Shown: one piece after another, positions 58,308-64,000 of the stretch
Layout: the number at the start of each line of letters is the position of its first letter
Numbering within the stretch: the first letter of the stretch is position 1
Source of the DNA: an uncultured Chloroflexia bacterium
GTDB lineage: Bacteria > Chloroflexota > Chloroflexia > QHBQ01 > JADMIH01
Assembly (NCBI GenBank): GCA_963797095.1
Contig: CAWCNY010000005.1
Location: forward strand, 320,001 to 384,000
Direction: 5' to 3'
Length of the DNA stretch: 64,000 bases
Program-made: the position numbers and the translations under genes
The notes under the pieces: model-generated
The model's database searches: none
Told to the model about the DNA's origin: nothing
What the model saw: the letters and a program-made list of their open reading frames with translations, nothing else

Positions 58308-58337
58308 AGGATACGCAATGGGGTGCTGAAGCGTCAA
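58308..58337 (-). promoter_or_regulatory. Promoter of selC
   Basis: TTGACG, 18 bp, TATCCT, ending 6 nt before the mature 5' end. Confidence 0.7.
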
Positions 58338-58391
58338 GAGTTGTCGGTGGATCACGAATGATAGACGAGGGCGTTTTTCGAACTCGTGCTC

Positions 58392-59159
58392 TTATGGGTC
58401 ATGGGTGTTGAACTCTTGAAGGGGAGGCCTCAGGCTGGAGGCAAGGGCGGGATCCCGTGCGGCCACTTCGGTGAGGTAGCAATCTGTGGCCGAGGCCAGC
58501 GCCCTGCGTAAGTCGGGATCGTCTATAGAGCGGACAAGGGAGTCCGCCAGGGGATCGGTTACGGCAGCAGGGAGGCGATCTAAGCCACGCCCGTCGTTGG
58601 GGGCTTCTCCCAGGCGGAGGCAAGCCAGGACAAGCACTTCGTCGCGAGTGCTGCTGATCCAGTATTCAGCCTGCCAGGGCTTGCCGCGTTCAATGGCCGA
58701 GTGGGCATGAAGGATGTGGTGCCAGCCGAGCCCGGCGTGATAGCGAAACTGCGAGGCTGATTTGGCGTCTGTAGAAGGAGGAGGCTCATACTTCGAGTCC
58801 GCACCAAAAAGGGTACGAAAGCGCGGACCACGCGCGCCATAGTCGCGCTCAGGGGTGACCGATGCATCGATCTCCAGGCCGTTGGGCAGGAGGAAGACGC
58901 GATAGATGCTTGTGTTGAACGGCAGGTCCCAGTAGTGAAGCGCGCCTAATTCGTGGGTGAACTTCTCGGTCCAGTCGGTGAGGACGGCCTCGACCGGGAC
59001 GCCATCGACCACAGCGAAGGTGATATCTATGTCGGACCACCTGTCTCCCGCGTCAACCGACGTGGAACCGACCAGCGCAGCCGCCGTGATACGCGGATCG
59101 GCTTTCGCTAACTCAATGATGTATTCGCGGATAGTGTCGCGTTCTTGTTCGGTGAACAT
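58392..59159 (-). CDS. Nucleotidyltransferase-domain protein (Pol-beta superfamily)
   Basis: VGS...DRWSDID motif, third Asp in LEIDAS, helical C-domain. Confidence 0.85.
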   Translation of the reverse strand: MFTEQERDTIREYIIELAKADPRITAAALVGSTSVDAGDRWSDIDITFAVVDGVPVEAVLTDWTEKFTHELGALHYWDLPFNTSIYRVFLLPNGLEIDASVTPERDYGARGPRFRTLFGADSKYEPPPSTDAKSASQFRYHAGLGWHHILHAHSAIERGKPWQAEYWISSTRDEVLVLACLRLGEAPNDGRGLDRLPAAVTDPLADSLVRSIDDPDLRRALASATDCYLTEVAARDPALASSLRPPLQEFNTHDP

Positions 59160-59168
59160 CTGGGCCTT

Positions 59169-60107
59169 TCATTCACGCGCTTCTTTGGCCGTGATGACAC
59201 TTTGCAGGAACGTTATCGGCTCCCAACCCCGGCTCTGCCACTCACGGAAATCGTGGCCCATGCGCGAGGCTACGCCGGTCGCAAGGCGCTGTGCAAGTTC
59301 ATAGGCGCGATCTCTCGATAGCTCGCCACGGCTCCAGCGCGCCAGCATCTCGCGGATCAGACGGTAGTCGTCGGGCAGCACATCACGCAAGGAGATGCCG
59401 GGGAGAGGATCGTAGCGCTGGACGACTGGAGGCTCAGGGCTGCAGTACTCTGGAGAGGCTTGTGCCGGTTGGGAAGTGTAGGGCGATTGGGCGTAGGAAG
59501 TTGAGGATGCGTTGGTGCTGAGCGCACCGTATGAGGCGGAGGCATAGACAGGCTGGGATGCGAGCGCAGGAGTTACTGGGGTGGTGGGCACGCGCACATC
59601 GGCGAGGCGGGTAAGGTCGCCTTCGCGAATCACAATGGTGCCCGCAGCGAGGTCGCCCAGGCGGCAGGCGTCCTTGTTGATGAACATGGTGATCAGGCCG
59701 ATGCCGTAGAAGCCGGGAAGGAAATCGATCAGCCGCACGAGATTGCGTATCATTACCTCGCCCGCACGTACCGGCTGGCCGTCGCGCCTGATCACACGCA
59801 GACGACCAAGGCGCTTGCCGGGGGTCTGGCCGTTCCAGATCGTCTCAAACAGCACGAAATAGCCCCAAAATATGGCGAACGAGATGATCGTCATTGTGGC
59901 GAGGACAATGTAGACGCTGGCATCATCGCCGCCCCCGTTGATCAAGGCGCTCAGGAAGATGCCATAGATGGCGCAGTTGACCAACACGAAGGCGGTGATC
60001 AGAACGAGGTGGTCGATAAGAGCAGCCACGAAACGCGAGCCAATACCCGCCATTTCGTAATGGAAGGCTACCTGTTCGGGTGTGGAGATGGTTAGTTGCT
60101 CGTCCAT
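59169..60107 (-). CDS. RDD-family membrane protein
   Basis: TPEQV...AGIGSRFVAALID, NGQTPGKR, IRNLVRLID, RLGDLAAGTIV. Confidence 0.93.
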   Translation of the reverse strand: MDEQLTISTPEQVAFHYEMAGIGSRFVAALIDHLVLITAFVLVNCAIYGIFLSALINGGGDDASVYIVLATMTIISFAIFWGYFVLFETIWNGQTPGKRLGRLRVIRRDGQPVRAGEVMIRNLVRLIDFLPGFYGIGLITMFINKDACRLGDLAAGTIVIREGDLTRLADVRVPTTPVTPALASQPVYASASYGALSTNASSTSYAQSPYTSQPAQASPEYCSPEPPVVQRYDPLPGISLRDVLPDDYRLIREMLARWSRGELSRDRAYELAQRLATGVASRMGHDFREWQSRGWEPITFLQSVITAKEARE

Positions 60108-60210
60108 TAGGTGTTGGTGCGTACTTCGTACTGCTTACTGCTTACTGGGTGCCTGAGTTGAGGGCTGGGTAGTGCCTGTGGTGACTGATCCTTATGGTAC
60201 AATAAATGAC

Positions 60211-61194
60211 ATGAGCGCGCTAGAAAGCTTCATTGCCGAGCAGCAGAGCGATTGGGCACGGCTGGAGGACCTTACGCGAAAGGCGGGAGGGGGCCGGTTG
60301 CGGTCGCTGAACGCCAGCGACCTGGAAGATATGACCCGCCTGTATCGTCTGGCGGCGTCGGACCTGGCACGCGCCCGGCGCGATTTCCCCAGCGACCGCG
60401 TGGTGGCATATCTTAACAGGCTTGTGTCTACGTCGTACGCAGGCGTGTACGGCACGGCAGGGTTCAGTTGGAAGGATATAGGTCACTGGTACATTTCTGG
60501 CTTTCCGCGCCTCTTCCGCGAGACGCTGGGGTATTACTTGCTGGCGGTGCTCTTTTTTATCGGGACGGCGGTTGTGTCGTATTTCGCGACGCTTTTCTAT
60601 CTTCCGGCGGCCAGCACCCTCCTCGATAGCAACACTTACCAGTCGGTGCTCTCGTATGCGCAGGAAGGCAAGCTGTGGACCGAGATACCGGGGGCCGAGC
60701 GGTCGTTCGCCTCGGCCACTATCATGACGAACAACATACAGGTGGCGATCATGGCGTTTGGGGCGGGGATGACCGTGGGGATAGGCACGGTCTACGTGCT
60801 GGTCACCAATGGGATCCACCTGGGGGCGATCTTCGGCATCGTCAGTCGCTATGGGTTGGGCGGAGATTTGTTGGCGTTTGTGTCGGGGCATGGAGTGATC
60901 GAGTTGAGCGTGATCTGCCTGGCAGGCGGGGCGGGTTTCATGTTGGCCGACGCCATCTTGCGGCCCGGATTGCTGGCGCGGGGCGAGGCGCTCAGGATGG
61001 CGGCACAGAGAGCGGTGCGATTGCTGTTGGGCGGGGCTTCGCTGCTGGTGATCGCGGGGACCATTGAGGGCTTCCTTTCGCCATCGGAATTGCCTAGCTG
61101 GGTGAAGTTCGGCACGGGTGTTGTGACGGCCATATCGCTGTATGGGTACTGGTTTTTGGGCGGGCGGAAAGCGAAGGAAAGTCCCGTTGTATAA
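60211..61194 (+). CDS. Stage II sporulation protein M (SpoIIM/DUF95)-like membrane protein
   Basis: WARLE, LYRLAASDLA, NNIQVA, NGIHLG, HGVIEL, AGTIEGFLSP. Confidence 0.92.
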   Translation: MSALESFIAEQQSDWARLEDLTRKAGGGRLRSLNASDLEDMTRLYRLAASDLARARRDFPSDRVVAYLNRLVSTSYAGVYGTAGFSWKDIGHWYISGFPRLFRETLGYYLLAVLFFIGTAVVSYFATLFYLPAASTLLDSNTYQSVLSYAQEGKLWTEIPGAERSFASATIMTNNIQVAIMAFGAGMTVGIGTVYVLVTNGIHLGAIFGIVSRYGLGGDLLAFVSGHGVIELSVICLAGGAGFMLADAILRPGLLARGEALRMAAQRAVRLLLGGASLLVIAGTIEGFLSPSELPSWVKFGTGVVTAISLYGYWFLGGRKAKESPVV

Positions 61195-61201
61195 TGAAGA
61201 T

Positions 61202-61426
61202 ATGGATTATCACGATATTATCGACCATAGAACCTGGAAAGCGGAGCGGCAAGCCCTGCATCAGGGGCATGCGTATCACTGTGTACGGTGTATTGCAGTA
61301 TCTGGCTTCGGGAATGTCGGAGCAGGAGATCCTGAAAGATTTCCCTATCTGACCAGGGAAGATATTCGTGCTTGTCTTGCGTATGCTGCCGATAGAGAGC
61401 GCCAGATGCTGATCATACGTGGGTAG
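61202..61426 (+). pseudogene. DUF433 antitoxin with compensating frameshifts
   Basis: Across a +1 and a -1 shift it reads MDYHDII/TIEPGKRSGKPCIRGMRITVYGVLQYLASGMSEQEILKDF/PYLTREDIRACLAYAADRE. Confidence 0.88.
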
Positions 61427-61677
61427 GTGAAGCTACTTTTCGATCAAAACTGATCCCCTCAATTGGTTCGTAGATTGGCGGATATTTACTGCATAATTGT
61501 CATTCGCGACAGCAATTTCAACGATTTGAGCGTATTGCGAGGCTTCCCTCCCAAGGTTCTATGGCTACGAAGGGCAACTGCTCAACAAGAGTGATTGAAA
61601 AGATGTTGCGTACCCATCAAGACGCTCTCGAAACCTTTGATCGAGACGGGGAAGCAGCTATTCTGACGCTCTTCTAG
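61427..61677 (+). pseudogene. DUF5615/VapC45-like PIN toxin pseudogene
   Basis: VKLLFDQN*SPQLVRRLADIY, then a deletion, IVIRDSNFNDLSVLRGFPPKVLWLR, a frameshift, GNCST. Confidence 0.85.
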
Positions 61678-61956
61678 TCGCGGTCCATTTCATGTTCATG
61701 GCTGTTTGGAGCGGGCTTGGGTTCCCATAGCTCGAAGCGAACGCCTTCGGGGTCGGTGGCCCAGCCGAAGCGGCCATAGTCGAAATCCTCTACTTTGTCG
61801 TCTACAGTTGCCCCGGCGGCGCGAAGCTGGGCTAGCATGCCGTCGAGATCATCTACTATGTACCAAAGTTTCGTACAAACGTGAGATGTAATGAGGTGCT
61901 CGGCATCGGGTAGACTTGTTTAGCCAACATCTCTATCCTCAAAGGAGCACCTCTCA

Positions 61957-63450
61957 ATGAAGAATACCATACCTACCATACCTACCATACCTACCATACC
62001 TACCATACCTACCATACCCACCATACTTACTGTACCTACCATACCCAACCCTAACGTGGAACTGGAATATGCCCTTTCGGACTTCTCCGACTACACTCAC
62101 TCGGCTTTCTTGGTGTCCGCTCTGCATTGGGCCGAACAACAAGGTTTCTGGCAGCCATTCGCCAGGCTGTTGAGTGTGTCGATGAAAAGGGTGGTCTACA
62201 CACCCTTGCAAAAGGTACAGACGCTGGTGGCTTCCATCATGATAGGTTGCAAATACAACAAAGACGTCAACTTCAGGCTGGTGCCTGACGAAGTGGCTGC
62301 CTCCACGTTGGGCATGGCGCACTTTCCTGACCAGAGCCAACTCAACCTGCTGCTGCGGCGCATGGACCAAGCCAACCTGGGGGAGCTTGAGGCTGTGCAT
62401 GCTGAACACCTGCGTCTGTACGAACGTTTCTCCCCTTCCACTAAACAGGGAGGACAGGGAGGACAGGGAGGACAGGGAGGACAGGGAGGACAGGGAGGAC
62501 AGGGAGGACAGGGAGGCTACCTGCTGGTGGATATTGACCAGTGCGGCCTGGTTGCTAACGGCAAGAGTTACGAGTTGAGCCGTCGTGGGTACTTTCCTCA
62601 TCGGCGAGGAGAGCGTGGTTACCAGATGTCGGCAGCTTGGCTGGGAGGGAGCCAAGGAGAGAGCCAGGGCGGTGGCATCACGTTGGGGCTGCGGCTGGAC
62701 AGTGGCAACACCCACTGTGCCGTGCGCTTCCGGGAGATGGTGGAGTTGAGCGAGGAGCTTTGCCCCTCGTCTTGTGTCAGGCGCAGGGTGGTGTACCGTG
62801 TTGATGGTGGCTACGGTTCTCAGCCTCAAATCCGTTGGATGGTGGCAACCGACCGTTTGTTTGTGGCTAAAGCCACCACCACTCGTCCCCAGAAATGGGC
62901 CGACAAGGTTGCTCCTGAGGGATGGCAAAGGGTTGATGGGAGCGTACGAGTGGCTGAGGTAGAAGGGGGACCTCATGTGCGGGCTGTTGTGTGTGAGGTG
63001 ACCCCTTCCCTTTCTGAAAAACGTGTGGAATACTCGGTGTTGCTGACTGACCTGAGTGCCACTGAGTTCGATGCCGTGGGGCTGTGGCACTTGTACAGTG
63101 GTCGCCAGAGCATTGAAGCGTTCTTCAAGATGGGTAGAGGGGTGTACGGGCTGGGCAATCTGCGTAGTCGCAGCTTTAGGGCTATCTATGCTTTTCTGTG
63201 GCTGGTCTTTATCACGCACAATCTGCTTCAGTGGGTCAAGGGTGCCCTCTTTGGTGGCACGCCTTTGGCCGAGATAGGCACAAGGGAGTTGGTGGAGCGA
63301 GTAGCACGCATTCCAGCCTGGCGTGAGCGCACCCTGCGAGGCTGGCGGTTGCATCTGCCTGCTCAAGATGCTCTTGCCCGCTTGGTTGTTCAGGGGTTGT
63401 CTTCTCCCTGGATTCAACTTCAACTCCCTCTACGTTTGTACGAAATCTAG
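61957..63450 (+). CDS. DDE transposase (IS1380/IS4-like) with two 9-bp repeat expansions
   Basis: LVDID, YRVDGGY and YSGRQSIEAFFK DDE motifs; AAGGAG RBS; stop lies inside the right IR. Confidence 0.88.
   Translation: MKNTIPTIPTIPTIPTIPTIPTILTVPTIPNPNVELEYALSDFSDYTHSAFLVSALHWAEQQGFWQPFARLLSVSMKRVVYTPLQKVQTLVASIMIGCKYNKDVNFRLVPDEVAASTLGMAHFPDQSQLNLLLRRMDQANLGELEAVHAEHLRLYERFSPSTKQGGQGGQGGQGGQGGQGGQGGQGGYLLVDIDQCGLVANGKSYELSRRGYFPHRRGERGYQMSAAWLGGSQGESQGGGITLGLRLDSGNTHCAVRFREMVELSEELCPSSCVRRRVVYRVDGGYGSQPQIRWMVATDRLFVAKATTTRPQKWADKVAPEGWQRVDGSVRVAEVEGGPHVRAVVCEVTPSLSEKRVEYSVLLTDLSATEFDAVGLWHLYSGRQSIEAFFKMGRGVYGLGNLRSRSFRAIYAFLWLVFITHNLLQWVKGALFGGTPLAEIGTRELVERVARIPAWRERTLRGWRLHLPAQDALARLVVQGLSSPWIQLQLPLRLYEI
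61965..62045 (+). repeat. 9-bp tandem repeat TACCATACC, 9 units (6 consecutive perfect)
   Basis: Encodes (TIP)n at the transposase N-terminus. Confidence 0.97.
62445..62516 (+). repeat. 9-bp tandem repeat ACAGGGAGG x8
   Basis: Encodes (QGG)8 just before the first catalytic Asp strand. Confidence 0.97.
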
Positions 63451-63819
63451 GTATGTAGTTGATCATGTAGGGGGCGGTGGTAGGCTCGAAGTAGGTGGTG
63501 TCGCTGAAGGGCGCCCACACTGTGGAGTGTTCTTCTTCGGGGCGCTCGCTGGCGCGCCAGCCGAAGTTCGCGTAACCGTCAGAACCTTCGGGGATGGCGA
63601 GGTTGTCTCTATACCAGGCCTGGAGTTGTTGGGGGTCGCGGCTCTTGAAGAAGATGCCGCCGATACTGAGGACACGTGCCATTTTTGGTGCTCCTTTTTG
63701 TTGGGTCTGGCTCTAATCATAGCACACTTGTTCTGCTATTGCTGCGGCCAATTGGGTAGTTTTTCGTTGAGATTGGCACCAATTTATGTGCCAGCTGCAT
63801 AGGGTTACGCCCGCTAGGA

Positions 63820-63858
63820 CCCCACCCCAACCCCTCCCCATTGTTATGAGGAGGGGCT
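63820..63858. repeat. Imperfect REP-like palindrome
   Basis: CCCCTCCCCA-ttgtta-TGAGGAGGGG preceded by CCCACCCCAA. Confidence 0.5.
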
Positions 63859-63922
63859 TCCAGAACTCCAGGCATCTCAGATTCTACTCAATCAGACAGC
63901 GAGACTTTGGAACTTCCTGCGA

Positions 63923-64000
63923 TCACAGGCGGCCTCGCGCCTTTACCTCCAGGTATTTGTTTACTACGGCCAGCGTCAGTTTGTCGGCTGGAACGTCTAC
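63923..64000 (-). CDS. C-terminus of a probable DUF58 protein (MoxR-associated)
   Basis: Hand translation VDVPADKLTLAVVNKYLEVKARGRL*, typical of DUF58 ends in RDD/SpoIIM/MoxR clusters. Confidence 0.7.
   Translation of the reverse strand, partial: VDVPADKLTLAVVNKYLEVKARGRL

Larger units (their letters stand above)
61863..63451 (+). mobile_element. IS1380-like element
   Basis: Imperfect IRs CCAAAGTTTCGTACAAACGT and ACGTTTGTACGAAATCTAGG; TATGTA duplicated at 61857-61862 and 63452-63457. Confidence 0.88.
61674..63682 (-). pseudogene. VOC/glyoxalase-family gene split by an IS
   Basis: 5' part 63682-63452 MARVLSIGGIFFKSRDP...PYMINYI; 3' part 61862-61674 YIVDDLDGMLAQL...YGRFGWATDPEGVRFELWEP. Confidence 0.92.

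Noticed and set aside
60211-61194. Evidence for endospore formation from the SpoIIM-like gene
   Set aside because: This family is widespread in non-sporulating bacteria within RDD/MoxR clusters.
61451-61453. In-frame TGA in the PIN gene as a selenocysteine codon, given the nearby tRNA-Sec
   Set aside because: It aligns to Leu in the DQNLS motif, not Cys, and the gene also has a deletion and a frameshift, so this is ordinary decay.
61965-62516. CRISPR array from the tandem repeats (also 5372-5431 and 40195-40440)
   Set aside because: Units are 9-15 bp or degenerate coding repeats, head-to-tail without spacers, and there are no cas genes.
61954-63423. 489-aa antisense ORF over the IS1380-like transposase
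   Set aside because: It mirrors the transposase ORF and its repeats with no motif or RBS; most likely a shadow ORF.

Overview
A GC-rich bacterial chromosome segment. It is most consistent with Chloroflexota (class Chloroflexia), judging from the C-terminal S-layer-homology domains with YPCGGPGEPC-type inserts; this is an inference. From left to right: a truncated Fur-family gene and a tRNA(CAT) with a perfect sigma70 promoter. A decayed 2.7-kb tyrosine-integrase element sits in that tRNA, with its att core and arm-site repeats still visible and an IS3 fragment inside. Next, an IS110 element is nested precisely inside the left inverted repeat of an IS701-like element. A Rieske oxygenase follows, then a split, convergent glycan locus (bacillosamine-type PglE/F/D/C set, glycosyltransferases, methyltransferase, Wzx/Wzy/Wzz, a GT-C membrane protein) with an ISAzo13 in the middle. 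After that come two near-identical secreted Gly-rich tail-fibre-like genes, a xanthine-to-allantoate catabolic operon, a 2768-aa modular Kelch/SLH surface protein, an FtsX-type permease with an extremely long periplasmic adaptor, PucR, ComB, a large unknown protein and tRNA-Sec. The window ends with an RDD/SpoIIM/DUF58 cluster interrupted by a dead DUF433-PIN toxin-antitoxin pair and a VOC gene split by an IS1380-like element. The strongest signal is the IS110 non-coding end (about 6300-6495). It folds like a bridge RNA and carries guide segments matching both halves of its own insertion site, which is the terminal inverted repeat of another IS family. All family assignments come from motif recognition by eye; no database searches were run.
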